A stretch of DNA of 45,077 nt from Nemertoderma westbladi (taxonomy: Eukaryota; Animalia; Xenacoelomorpha): positions 1-45,077 of the forward strand of contig JAUCBJ010004828.1 in the NCBI GenBank assembly GCA_032718475.1, in the 5' to 3' direction. Within the stretch, counting starts at the first letter, position 1. The number at the start of each line of letters is the position of its first letter. The translations under genes and the position numbers were made by a program. Shown here one piece after another: positions 33,151 through 45,077 of the stretch. The notes under the pieces were generated by a model. It ran no database searches, was not told the DNA's origin, and worked only from the letters and a program-made list of their open reading frames with translations.

Positions 33151-35110
33151 GGGTGAGTGAGGGAGACTTGACTTTAGGGGAGACTTGATTTTTTTTAATA
33201 ACTCAAAAATTATTGTAAATTATTTAACAATACCACACAATAATGTGTAAAGTACATGTAGGCTACACCCGCGCAACAATGTTTTATTACCTTTTGGTTA
33301 TTTTTTGTTTTATTGTCAATAAACGTTTTCTGGGTTCAAAAGTAAATTTTTGCCCTTTACAACGAATGAAAATTCGCATCCTTATTTCACTGTATGTTAA
33401 TTGTAATTCACAACATGTGTTGACTAATTATTGCACTATCCTGCCATATATTGTTTTCCAGTTTTGGTTCAGCCGTTTTGAAATTATATCAATTAATATA
33501 AAAAAAGCCCATGTGGGGAGACATGACGCCCGAGTGTGAGGGAGACTTGAACCCGCCAATAATGCTGACGTCTACCTAGAGATACACCCACGTAGAGAAC
33601 CATTACACCAGAGCACTCCAACTAGTTGATTGGCACTTACACCGACGCAGCTATCAATGGATGGCTATGCTTCATGCAGTAGGAGTAGCCCCTCTCAAGA
33701 TTAAACCAAACCCAGCCAAGCCAACCAACAACTCTTCCTTCCCTCTTTGCAATGTGGCAGCCCGCCAACTTGGTAATTTATAACTTAAACAAGTTGCGGC
33801 TACGTCAGAAAGCGGCACACATCAATAGAATTACAGGAAAACAATTAAAATGCTCCTGGATTGAAAATTATACAAGATATTCATTAATAAACAGTACCTT
33901 CCCGGGGGGCGTTAAATTTTATTGCGGTTTTAATGAACTATTATTTATTTATTTCTTGTTAGGAGTTTATTTAGTTTATTTAGTTAGGTTAGGATTTATT
34001 TCTTGTTTTCCTCTCTTTGAGGTTACATGTATAATACCCGAGCACGGGGCCACGTTTTAAACTTTAACCATTTAATTTAATTATATTACAAATTCGTCTA
34101 CTAAAATATTTGCTGTTTAAATCTCCATCTATTAAAATAACTCGTTGTCATTCGCCAAATTAAATTTATGTATTACTAAATACATTTATATATACAGACC
34201 TACAGTATAAACAAAAAATGTTAAAAAATCACAGTCTGCCCCAACTAATTACCATAAATCTATTGCTAAATGAGCACTCCTAATACATAGTCCCTATCCT
34301 TCCTATTCTTATCTATCTACTTTCTACTCTACCTTACCTACCTTATCTATCTACTTTCTACTCTACCTTACCTACATTATCTATCTATCTATATGCCATC
34401 TTCTTCTTCACCTCTCTATTCTGCATCTGCAACACCCTACAGTATAATATTACTTCAAACTACTACTTACTACATCCATTCTATCAAATGTTACATATAT
34501 TTACATTTTATATAATCCCATCCTCCTGGTGGGCAGCCGTTTACTAGCCCTGCTATTTGGCTGTTCTCCAGTACCCATTTATATAGATAGAACTTACCAT
34601 ATATAGTATGTATTCATGTTAATTTCTATTTTATACTGAGTTATTGTTATTTTGAATTATTATTTGAAGGGTAAAATAAACATTGAAACATTGAGAACCA
34701 TGTGAATGACCACCTAAATTTGTACAAAATTTGGGATAATAATTTGACAAATTAATAATCGTATTTTTTGCATGTTTGCTGCTCTACTATAAAATAGACA
34801 TGTCGAACATGTAATTATTACACTTCTTATGCATTTTTGAAAGAATTTACAAGAATGTGAGATGGGGTTCAAGTCTCCCACCCTAGGTGTCAAGTCTCCC
34901 CCCATTGAGGGAGACTTGACGCTTTTTCGAAAATACGAATAATTGGTTTAATTAAAAAAGATTAATTAAGAGTTTAAATTCTCAAACTCTCACGTAATGA
35001 TAGCAATCATAAATGTAATGTGAAAAAGTTAAAACGGCATTGAAAAAATTCATTTATCTGTTCTTTGGAGCGATTATAACTTTTGGGGTTCAAGTCTCCC
35101 TCACTCACCC
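33151..35110. mobile_element. Non-autonomous TA-target DNA transposon (Tc1/mariner/pogo-like)
   Basis: 21-bp perfect TIRs GGGTGAGTGAGGGAGACTTGA / TCAAGTCTCCCTCACTCACCC flanked by TA; the GGGAGACTTGA core recurs internally. Confidence 0.88.
33554..34693 (+). mobile_element. Possible LINE 3' remnant inserted within the DNA transposon
   Basis: Lacks the host's internal repeats, has a CTATCTA/CTACCTTAC-rich UTR, ends in AATAAA plus a repeated CATTGA tail, and has GAACC on both sides. Confidence 0.4.
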
Positions 35111-35585
35111 TATGGCAAAAGTAACCCTAACCCGGATTTCAAAACTTCGTTGGTCACCCCATCTGGTCCGGCTGCTTTATGGACTTTGTGCCCATTGACA
35201 GCAGCAGACACCTCTGTGGCGTCAATTGGTCTGTCTAATGTTGGGCAGGAATTCGTTGGAATACCCTCGGGCATTCGGAGGTCTACATCTTTTGATAGGA
35301 GCGCTGTGAAGTGGTTGGACCAGGATTCTTCTGAAACCTGTTGGGCTACAGGTTTCGCCTGTGAACCTGACTTCAGTAGGTTCCAGAACTTAGTTTTGTC
35401 TGATTGACATTCGTCGATGAGTTTGTGTTCGGTGTGCGCTTTATGCAGACGTTTATAACTATTATGCCTATACGACGTTTATAATTAGTAGGCCTATGTA
35501 TTCCAAGCGGTTGAGTACTAAAATAAGACAATACGGTATGTTCAAAATAAAACCCACATCAAATGCTTTCAACAGTAATGTATCC

Positions 35586-35790
35586 TATACCAAGGTTCCA
35601 CCTTGGTGTAGTGATTGAATTCACATCTCCCGTAGGTCGTGGGTTCGATCCTCACAGGGGCCAGGGCAGTTTTCGTTTCGGCACGAATGGGGAGTAAAGT
35701 TCTGGGGGGACCGCACTGGAAATAAGTCGTCAGACTTTGTGCGTAATCCCTGGCCTAGCGGCCGAAGAAAATTTACTTTTACTTTTTTAC
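35586..35790 (+). mobile_element. tRNA-derived SINE, copy 1
   Basis: A-box-like TGGTGTAGTGA, B-box GGTTCGATCC and a (TTTAC)n tail; homologous to 36281-36525. Confidence 0.8.
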
Positions 35791-36280
35791 CTGTATACTC
35801 TATGTAGTGGCATATGCTAAGACTACATATTCTTCACTAACTTCATGCGTTGCGCGCGCTAAAATGTGTTAATAATGTTTAGAGTTCAAAAATAGTTTAC
35901 AAAAGGAAGGCCGATGGTTCTTATCGATTCTCCATTGGTTTTTATTGCCTTTTGTTCACGAGAGGGCAAGGTTATATTTAATGTGCTAACCCCTTGACAA
36001 GGGAAGGGGGATACTAAATTGTCTACCATGATTGGTTGCACTTGTTATTTGACCAAACAATTGAATTGTATGGAGTATTATCAGTTTTCGCTTAACCACT
36101 TCACCGGTAGACTGGTAGCTTATAGGTGTTAGAATGTTTAGATGTTGGTGTAGAATGTTTAAATGATCCAATGCAAACAAAGATACTTGAATCATGAGAC
36201 GTGAATTTTAAGTCTACTTTTTATTCATCCTGTATTTGTATGTGAAAGAGCCGAATATAATTTATTACCAGCGCTGTATA

Positions 36281-36525
36281 GTAAAGTAAATTTTTCGGCC
36301 ACTAGGCCAGGGATTACGCACAAAGTCTGACGACTTATTTCCAGTGCGGTCCCCCCAGAACTTTACTCCCCAGAGGAAACTCTAGTACTCATTTAGCTAC
36401 CACTTAACCTTTAAAGCATTCGTGCCGAAACGAAAACTGCCCTAACCCATGTGGGGATCAAACCCACGACCTACAGGAGATGTGAATTCAATGCAACCAC
36501 TACACCAAGGTGGAACCTTGGTGTA
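36281..36525 (-). mobile_element. tRNA-derived SINE, copy 2 (inverted, with about 45 extra central nt)
   Basis: Reverse complement of copy 1 with an additional AAATGAGTAC-containing segment. Confidence 0.8.
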
Positions 36526-36670
36526 TGTATGTCTGTATGTATAGAGACATGAGCTTCTGATTCTGTTATTCCATTTGTCTGATATTCAGATACCTCGGAC
36601 ATATACCTATACTTGCCTAACAACTCAACCCTACCGGACCTGAAATTAAAAATCATTGTTATCAGGACTG

Positions 36671-36832
36671 CTACGCGTAGCACCTACGCGTAGTTTCAAA
36701 ATACGTACGCGTAGTTCCAAAATACCTACGCTTAGTTTTAAAACACCTACGCGTAGTTGTTCAAAAGGCAGTAAGTCTGGCCCTAACGGTAAATGACAGG
36801 AATGGAAGTTACAAACTACGCGTAGCTACGCG
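36671..36832. repeat. CTACGCGTAG palindromic microrepeat cluster (RTE insertion site)
   Basis: Multiple TACGCGTAG units, with one more directly after the RTE tail at about 38638. Confidence 0.75.
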
Positions 36833-38632
36833 TCAATCATCCCAGGCATGGAAATCGATCAATCTGCTTACTGGGCGGAAAAGCCAACCAACCACCAAGG
36901 TTAAGGCTGAATCACCAGCCGATCGCCTCAATGGTTGGAAGGCCCACTTTGAAAAGCTCCTCAATAATGACAGGGTATTGCCTGATAACTTTATAGAAAT
37001 AAAAGTGTCTGAGTCTGTACTCCCAGATATTCCCATTGGCGATATCTCCTTTGCAGAAGTGAAGGCTGCTGCAAAGAGCATTAAGACCAATCGTGTCAGT
37101 GGAGTAGATGGTGTTCCCCCTGAGGTCTTTAAAATACCTGAGTGTTTAAAGCTCATCTATCCCATCATAGTAGACATGTACCGTACAACAAGAGTCCCAC
37201 AAGAAATGAAAACAAATAAGTTGGTGCCAGTTCCCAAGAAGGGCAACCTAACACTCTATGGTTCTTTCCGGGGAATCTCATTGATCTCGATTGCTGCAAA
37301 ACTATACAATAGAATTCTATTAAATCGCATCAGGTTCAGGGATCCCATTGAGAGACTGCTACGTGGAAATCAGAATGGGTTCCGTAAAGGTCGTGGGACC
37401 ATGGAGCCCATTTTGGCACTTAGAAGGATAATTGAAGAGTTATCAAAAAAGAAAGACAGGCATCTGGCTGTTATCTTTGTTGACTTCTTCAAGGCCTTTG
37501 ATTCAGTCTCTCGCTCACGTATGTTCAGCATACTTTCATTATATGGGATTCCTGATGAAATTATTGCAGCAATCAGATCAGTATACGATGGTTCGACAAC
37601 ATTTGTGTCTACTGTTGACGGTGACACAGAACCATTTGAAGTGTTATGGGGCGTCCTCCAAGGAGACACACTTGCACCATTCTTGTTCATTATTGTGGTT
37701 GACTATGTTCTACGCATGTCCTTAGATCATCATAATGATGATGGGGTGATGATAACTCCACCTACTGGCTCCAGAAGTCGAGGAAATCCTGCCAAGTACC
37801 TAACTGATCTAGACTTTGCTGATGACGTAGGAGTACTCTCAGAATCATTAGAGGGAGCCCAGCGGCTCCTCATCTCATTAGAACATGCTGCTTCTAGTGT
37901 TGGTCTTTTTATTAACTCCAGAAAGACCAAAATTCTGACAATTAACTTTGAAAGTCCTCAGCAAGTCTCTGATCGGATGAGCATAAGATCAAAGGATGGT
38001 ATGCTTGAGCATGTGGACGACTTCTGTACCTGGGATCATGGATCCGGAAGTCAGGTGAGGACCTTCGAATACGTAAGGGAAAGGCATGGGCAGCCTTGAA
38101 TAGGCTATCCAGGATTTGGAAGTCACCTAGAATTAATCGGAAACTTAAGGTCCGATTATTTAGAGCAGCAGTAGTTCCAGTACTCCTCTACGGGAGTCCA
38201 TGCTGGGCTCTAACTGCTGAGGACACCAAATCTCTGGATGGCACATTCACAAGAATGCTACGCCGGGTACATTGTGTCAAGTACAATGCACACATCTTCA
38301 ACCAGACACTATATAACATTGGAGGTGTCTCATTGGTTCCCCCAAGCTTGACACTAGAACAAAATCGCCTCCGCTTTGCAGGACATTGCTTTCGCCGTGA
38401 GGACCAGCCAGTGCATAATCTTGTACTTTGGCAGCCTCATGGAGTGAATAAGCATGGTGGACAGCCCATGACTTTCTTGAGACGCATCTTAAAGGACACT
38501 GGCCTTAAAGATGCGGATGATCTAGCAAATGTCATGGGTGATAGGGAATTGTGGCGGTGCAATTTTGTTGACAAGCCGGCACAGCATTCTTAAAAATGCA
38601 GCTGCAATGCAGCATGCCGATCCTAGTAGTAG
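36833..38632 (+). mobile_element. 5'-truncated RTE-clade LINE; RT ORF (36978-38099 and 38096-38593) broken by one frameshift near 38028
   Basis: PVPKKG..FRGISL, QNGFRKGR, FVDFFKAFDSV, GVLQGDTLAPFLF, LDFADD, then YLGSWI in the shifted frame, VLLYGS..W and RLRFAGHC.R. Very short 3' UTR and (TAG)3 tail. Confidence 0.92.
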
Positions 38633-40169
38633 CTATGTACGCGTAGGTCGAAAAGATTTACCCATTAAATTCTATGAATATTCAGTTTAGAAACTGAAAC
38701 TTTATAATAGGTGCCATTTCATCAGTATCCAATATTGATTTTGTTCGGTTATGTATACACGACACAGTATGGTACCTAAGTCAGGCTGTATACCTGTATC
38801 GCTGTAGGCAATGATGTAAGTCACAGACCGTACTGCATACTGTAGTACTGCGTCAGAGTACCGGTACTCGAGTACTGTACAGAAATTATTTATATCAGCA
38901 TACATCTACTGGCACTGGCAGGCGACTGATCGGATGAACAAAGAAGGGTAAATTTGTGAATAGATCGAAGAAATGATCATGTGCTGTAACTAACTACCGG
39001 TATTAAACTGAGGTGATGCATCAGGTGAGTCCTGCTGTCCTGTAGAAATGCCCAAAATTTAATACAGTCTAACAGTTATAGGCCGATAATACAACACTCG
39101 TCAGCTCATGCACGTCTTTCCGTCATCGCGTCATGACTGTTGAGAACTTCCTCAACACTCAATTTACACATTCGGTACAGTCACGTTTCGGGTACCGGTA
39201 CCTCTACCTGACCGGAGCACAGTTACATGAGACCATCATGACCACCCCTGCACCAGTGCACCCCTAGCTGCCTAGGAAGAAACCTACACATCTCAGCTAT
39301 ATATTAAACTATTAAAACCCAGGGTAATTTCGGGTTCCTTTTTTTACTTTCATTACGAATTCAGGTCCCCAGATGCGGTTTTTAAAAAAAGAAACTGGAA
39401 GTTACAAGTTGAGAGAAAATAACCTTCAATAAATTTCAAATGTTTTCATAACCTGATAACAGGTTTGAAAATCACCCAGTTTGTGCTTTTTAAAATCACC
39501 CGATTCTACAAAATTTGAGTTTTGCCGAACTATCCAACTTGTCTTACCGGTACCGCGGTACGTGTTATTTTCATTATTGCGTCTATATAATCTATATAGG
39601 CCTAGTCTAATAATACTGTAATACTATAATCTATAGTCTAATAGTCTATATAATCTAATACGCATTATTGCCTATTTACCGGTAGAAAGTAGTATTGTCG
39701 AAATTAGTATTATAATTAAATATATCATAATTAAACCAATATACTGCTCTGCACTGCACTATGCTGCTATGGTAGAATATACCAGCTACCAGTATAGAGT
39801 TATATGTGTAGTGTTTCACAAAATGTATAAAGCAATAGAATTAAAGTACAGTAGGCCTAGCAAAAATTAATGATCTGTCCCTGGCAGTTGTTATTGTGGC
39901 CATTTGGAGGGGTGGTCTGGTGGTATGGCCATGATTTTTGAGGGTAAATAACTCATCTAAAAGTTAATGAAATCGAATAAATGAAATTATTTATTAATTA
40001 TAATTTAATAAACATACTTCATTACTAATTAACATCATTACAATATGGGCAAGCATTAACTTGTTCCAGAAGGCACCTGTTAGTGTGTGTTACTCAGAAT
40101 TCACAAAACCTAAAAGTTGCACTTTTTCATGAACTGAAACTTGTCACTGTAAAATAATGGAATCAGTTT

Positions 40170-40420
40170 GCAAGCAAAGCAAACAGTCGGCCGAAGCCGG
40201 AGGCGACCCGAAGGCTCATCTTTCGATAGCTGCTACCCGAGGGTAGGGGTGGGCGCTACTCCTATCCCTAGATTTGCTGGTTAACTGGTACTCATTTTAT
40301 CAACCCCAGTGGATGAAAAGCTGAGCGGACCCTGGCGGGGCTGAACCTACAACCAATAGATTGCAAGCCCGGCGCTCAACCAACTGAGCTACCCCGCCTT
40401 TAATGGTTAATCCCGCCCTT
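40170..40420 (-). mobile_element. tRNA-derived SINE with a Meta-like central domain
   Basis: The minus strand has the head GGCGGGGTAGCTCAGTTGG..GGTTCAGCCC, the core CTCAGCTTTTCATCC..GATAAAATGAGTACC and a (TTTGC/TTGC)n tail. 9-bp TSD AATCAGTTT (40161-40169 and 40421-40429). Confidence 0.8.
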
Positions 40421-42503
40421 AATCAGTTTAAGATATGGTTTATAGGCCTACGTAATTTTATTGGAAAATTATTCAGCTTCATTTAGAAGTTATAAAAACT
40501 GACAGACATTAACATAAAGTAAAGTTATAGCACTTTATGTCAAGGGTGGCCCTCCAACCCACATGGCATACATCCCCGGTTTACCCTAAACAATGTATTT
40601 TTTTCAGATTATTATCATCTATAATACCACGACTTTCTGACTATACAACCACCATACTACCGCCGTCATACCAACTGATCAAGTACACGTACAGAAGTAA
40701 AAGCTCTGTAGGAGGTGAGTTCGTTATGTTAAGTTACAACTGGAGATAACCTTTTGCATTGTGAAGGTGTGCGGCTCGCTATCATCTAATACCAAAAATC
40801 TGAAACCTGTTTGTCCTTATCTATTTTACTTTTTTTCGAGATACATGGCATTTTATTTACCTACCAAATCGGATACATTTCCCTACAACTTTGAATTTTG
40901 TCATTGACCCTATAGTTTTCTTAAATAACAAAATGAAAAATAAATAATAAAATTACCTATCATCATGATTGTCTACACAGGACTACATGTAGGGCCGGCC
41001 GCCACTTGGTGGGGTGGTCTCCATTGAATGTTTGGATCTGATCTGACTGATCTGATTCTCTACAACTTTATTTATATTATACAATTAATTTTCTCGATAT
41101 TCATTGATAAAGATACCAAAATGTTTAACTCCATTTTTCTCAGCTTCTACTTTTCACAAAAAACCTGCAAATTTTTAATATCACGTTATTAATTCTGAGA
41201 TTTTCGAAACATTTTCTATTGAAAAGTGATTTTTCTTTTTTTCTTTAGTAATCTGTTTTTAGACATATACTTGACCTACATGTTGTACAACTTTTTGAAA
41301 CCCCGGCCAATAACGTTGTTATTCAGGAGTGGTTTCTTTGTAACAGGTTAATCGACTAGCTGCTACACCGGTCTATTCTTGAGAATCCGTTTGGTGGTTG
41401 ACTGTAACCGTAAATAATCGAACCAAGCCGCACAAGCTGCTAAACAACGTATTTATTGAGTTTGGTTAGTTATACTAATACTAGATCCATTGAGGTTCGT
41501 TATTATAATCGTTACAAAGTATTAGAATGTTTAGGCATAATAAAGTCAATGCTGCATGCAAAGTATCTGAACTGAAACCACTTGATTCACAATTCTATGT
41601 GGTTAATTATTGGGTAGTCGAGATATCGGGTTATTCGAGAGTTGTTCTTGTATCTTTAAGCAACCTTCTTTGAATCCTAAAGATATCGATCTATATTTAC
41701 CATGATTATCGGTTGATGCTAATGTCTTACTAAAAAAGTTTAGACTAATTGATTTACTAATTAATGAATTACATAACGGTAGCTACTGCATTAGGGCTAA
41801 TGGTTGAGGTTGAGGTTATCTAAGTCTGTGTGTGTCTATCTGTCGATGTGTAGAATTATTGTAAATTTAAAAAACCCTTCCCGAAAATATTTGAACTTAA
41901 ATTGCAATTGAAATTTATTATTTTTTTCAAAATAATGAAACTGAACAGTATTTTGACGCCTCCAAAGTATAGTGAGGGTATTCACTTGGGAGTAAGAGTG
42001 CCGCCCGCCCTGCTTTACATTGAACTGCCAAGAGAGATAAGCTACCGTGTAAATATAAGTTGGAATCGACAGTTTCAAGTGTGTCAAGTGGCAGGTTCAC
42101 GAGTGTCACTCTAGTAGTTGGCAGGTCTTCGCATTTACTATAGCTGCGTAACGAGAAAGATACGGAATTCGTTAAATTGGTTTATTGATAAATAAAACCG
42201 GTACCGGGTACAGTGCAACAATAATTAGTAACAATTAAAATATTTATACCACAGTTCAATACACCTGAAATAAAACTCTACGTTTCACCGAAATAAAAAT
42301 TAATTGATAAAGGGACACAAATTAAGAACGTCAAATGGTCAAAGGAAGAAAATACTTAACGATTTTCTTCGTATTGCTCGATGATATTCGAAAAGTTGTA
42401 AATTCAAAAAGGTTCAATTTTAAGATGAATAAATATTGAATAATATGTTAGTGAGGGTAAACTATCAATCTCTAAGTAAGTTTCTAATAACGTTATTTGT
42501 CGG

Positions 42504-43188
42504 TACTGAGTCGGTACGGTATTTGTGTTTACTGAGTCGGTATTTGTGTTTACTGAGTCGGTATTTGTGTTTACTGAGTCGGTATTTGTGTTCACGTTTA
42601 CTGAGTCGGTATTTGTGTTTACGTTTACTGAGTCGGTATTTGTGTTTACGTTTACTGAGTCGGTATTTGTGTTCACGTTTACTGAGTTGGTATTTGTGTT
42701 CACGTTTACTGAGTCGGTATTTGTGTTCACGTTTACTGAGTCGGTGTTTGTGTTTACGTTTACTGAGTCGGTATTTGTGTTTACGTTTACTGAGTCGGTG
42801 TTTGTGTTTACGTTTACTGAGTCGGTATTTGTGTTTACGTTTACTGAGTCGGTATTTGTGTTTACTGAGTCGGTATTTGTGTTTACGTTTACTGAGTCGG
42901 TATTTTTGTTTACTGAGTCGGTATTTGTGTTTACGTTTACTGAGTCGGTATTTGTGTTAACTGAGTCGGTATTTGTGTTCACGTTTACTGAGTCGGTGTT
43001 TGTGTTTACGTTTACTGAGTCGGTATTTGTGTTTACGTTTACTGAGTCGGTATTTGTGTTTACTGAGTCGGTATTTGTGTTTACTGAGTCGGTATTTGTG
43101 TTTACGTTTACTGAGTCGGTATTTGTGTTCACGTTTACTGAGTCGGTATTTGTGTTTACGTTTACTGAGTCGGTATTTGTGTTTACGT
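42504..43188. repeat. Minisatellite with 18-bp and 24-bp unit variants
   Basis: About 30 copies of ACTGAGTCGGTATTTGTGTTT, with or without an extra ACGTTT. Confidence 0.97.
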
Positions 43189-43345
43189 GTATACGTAATC
43201 GGTCCGGGATTGATATCGCAATCCAGATTTTTGAGATTGGGATTGCAATTTTGCATTTAAGATATTAAATATTATTGCTATATATATAAAGGCCTATTAA
43301 ATATAATATTATTAAATAATATAGGGAGATAGTGACAAGATTTCC

Positions 43346-43505
43346 CATATCCTGGTAATTGGTTACATATCCTGGTAATTGGTTACATATCCTGGTAATT
43401 GGTTACATATCCTGGTAATTGGTTACATATCCTGGTAATTGGTTACATATCCTGGTAATTGGTTACATATCCTGGCAATTGGTTACATATCCTGGCAATT
43501 GGTTA
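43346..43505. repeat. 20-bp minisatellite (8 copies)
   Basis: CATATCCTGG(T/C)AATTGGTTA units. Confidence 0.97.
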
Positions 43506-44106
43506 AACAATTACTAAATTAAAATGATATTGAGGTCAAGTTATAACTATAATCCTATTATGGTTTCTTACACTTAGGGTTCAATAAATATCAGTCCTTG
43601 TCGCTCTATTAAATAAAATATTTAGCGAATTTACTTCACTATTTATACTCCGTATCCCAATACGTCAGGATCTGGAAGTTTAACGATATAGTCAATACTG
43701 AGGCTCATCTGTACCCTATTGAGTGGGCAATTAGGCAAGGCAGCTGTAATAGGCAATATTTTATTGGGCAAGGTGGACAGTCTACTCTAAGTAATACTGC
43801 ATTTTTTTACTGTTTTACAAATATCATCTGACCTTGACTGTGACTCTTAACTCAGTTACTGTCTTATTTGTGGACTGGCTGTTCGTCACACCAACTAATT
43901 GTTATTTATTCTGGACAGGACACTAGGCCTATCTTACACCTAGATTTCCGTGGAGGTTTAAACAACCTGTTTTAGGGTATTATTATGTGACGGTTAGCGC
44001 TTCATTTTTGTTCTTGTGAAGAAAATAAGAGATATACCGGTACATAAAAAACTCAAAATACATAATGTACCAACATGTACCAATGGAAGTTCATATTCAT
44101 TATTGC

Positions 44107-45077
44107 CTAGTCCGATTTGGAATGGTGTACGAATGATCTGGGTGGGTTGTTTGGATCCACCGGGTTTGTTAACAACTCGCTGAATAGTTTTATCTGAGGT
44201 ATTCCGCGAATTTCGTGTTCCAATAAAGGTAGTTTTACGACGTGGAAGTCATCGTAAAGATCTTCCATCTGGTCCAGGTATTTCCGTTGTAACTTGTAAC
44301 GCGACATACAGATGCGACAGTCTCCACCCTCCGGGTAAACCATCTGGTTCACTATGATGTTTCGCGTATCGATCTCCTGTTTGGTTAGCTCCTGGACTAA
44401 TCGTTCCGTTTCATACATCGATAGGAATTCCGCGATGCTGACACAAACAAACGTTGTGTACGAAGAATCCCGGAACTGTTGGTTAACCTGCCGGATTATC
44501 GGCATTACGTCGCTTAGTTTCTTGGTCATATCGTCCACATTGGCGTGATCTATTCCCATAAGGCGACTCATCTGGGTGAATAGCGGGCTTATTTGGTTCT
44601 TTAACTCTAAAAGTCTACCGAGTCCTGTTTCCATAACCATAGGGAAGGACAAGAGTCGGAGTGTATGCCCAGTTGGCGCAGTGTCGAACACAACAACAGA
44701 GTAATCGAGATTCTTTACGAGTTTCATTACCTCGGCGTAGGACATGGCCTCATCTATACCGGGGAACGCGCCCATAACGTCCTGGACCATGGACCGTCCC
44801 ATGGCAACCAGATCGTGTTCGGGGTCGTCTGCGAAGTAATCGTCCGGTAGTTGAGTCGATCCGATGTTCGGGTCTATCTCCATCGCAAACAGGTTGTCTA
44901 CGCCGTTTACTTTAACCGGAACTTTGGAAAGTTTCTGATCGAGGGCGTCGCTGACATTGTGAGCCGGATCCGTGGATATTAGTAACACACTGGGTTTCAC
45001 TTTGGCTAGTTGCACCGCTAAACTACAGCTGCACGTCGTTTTACCGACGCCGCCTTTTCCGCCAACGAATATCCATC
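44107..45077 (-). CDS. ASNA1: ATPase GET3/ASNA1 (TRC40); 5' end lies beyond the window
   Basis: The frame stays open upstream of the listed ORF and reads [20 protein letters not shown] (deviant Walker A). It then has [52 protein letters not shown] and a CRIC zinc motif. No introns in the visible part. Confidence 0.97.
   Translation of the reverse strand, partial: WIFVGGKGGVGKTTCSCSLAVQLAKVKPSVLLISTDPAHNVSDALDQKLSKVPVKVNGVDNLFAMEIDPNIGSTQLPDDYFADDPEHDLVAMGRSMVQDVMGAFPGIDEAMSYAEVMKLVKNLDYSVVVFDTAPTGHTLRLLSFPMVMETGLGRLLELKNQISPLFTQMSRLMGIDHANVDDMTKKLSDVMPIIRQVNQQFRDSSYTTFVCVSIAEFLSMYETERLVQELTKQEIDTRNIIVNQMVYPEGGDCRICMSRYKLQRKYLDQMEDLYDDFHVVKLPLLEHEIRGIPQIKLFSELLTNPVDPNNPPRSFVHHSKSD

Larger units (their letters stand above)
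31536..35454 (-). mobile_element. Decayed 5'-truncated LINE (CR1/L2/Jockey-group RT with C-terminal Cys motif) carrying nested insertions
   Basis: The minus strand reads KAAGPDGV..(MITE and RTE inserts)..PLYKGKG..SFRGIALLS..FTKAFDSVNR..GVIQGDKLSPLLFSLF..YADD..FNYLG..CWLC..H..C. Near-TSD ATAACTATGCCTAT (31522-31535) versus ATAACTATTATGCCTAT (35455-35471). Confidence 0.8.

Noticed and set aside
36327-36436. CTGACGA...CGAAAC hammerhead-like motifs in the SINE
   Set aside because: They are antisense to the SINE and the intervening sequence does not form stem II.
40330-40398. tRNA gene
   Set aside because: The anticodon and T arms pair poorly, and it is followed by a SINE body, tail and TSD, so it is a SINE head.
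42404-43268. Long ORFs on both strands (NTDSVN, FTESVF, LLSRYLC repeats)
   Set aside because: These are artefacts of stop-free 18/24-bp repeat units that are multiples of three.
42504-43505. CRISPR-like arrays
   Set aside because: The repeats are contiguous with no unique spacers, there are no cas genes, and the context is eukaryotic.

Overview
Eukaryotic, most likely invertebrate animal, DNA dominated by nested transposable elements. It holds two conserved housekeeping genes with no introns in the visible coding sequence: SDHA (27974-29932, +) and GET3/ASNA1 (44107 to beyond the window end, -). The left 27 kb holds two unrelated BEL/Pao-type LTR retrotransposons. Element A spans 1591-13716 on the - strand, with 1257-bp near-identical LTRs and TSD GTGAG. 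Element B spans 16613-26608 on the + strand, with TSD AAAGA. Both keep gag and protease, lack RT and the integrase core, and carry extra coding-like DNA before the 3' LTR. The main observation is that neither has a tRNA-type (TGG...) primer-binding site. In each, the 10-11 nt directly abutting the 5' LTR are the exact reverse complement of a sequence inside its own LTR, and the pairing stops exactly at the LTR edge. This is the geometry of Tf1-style self-primed reverse transcription, which I do not know from BEL/Pao elements. The remainder consists of CRE-like, CR1/L2-like and RTE LINE fragments, tRNA-derived SINEs, MITEs and minisatellites. All calls were made by eye, with no database searches.
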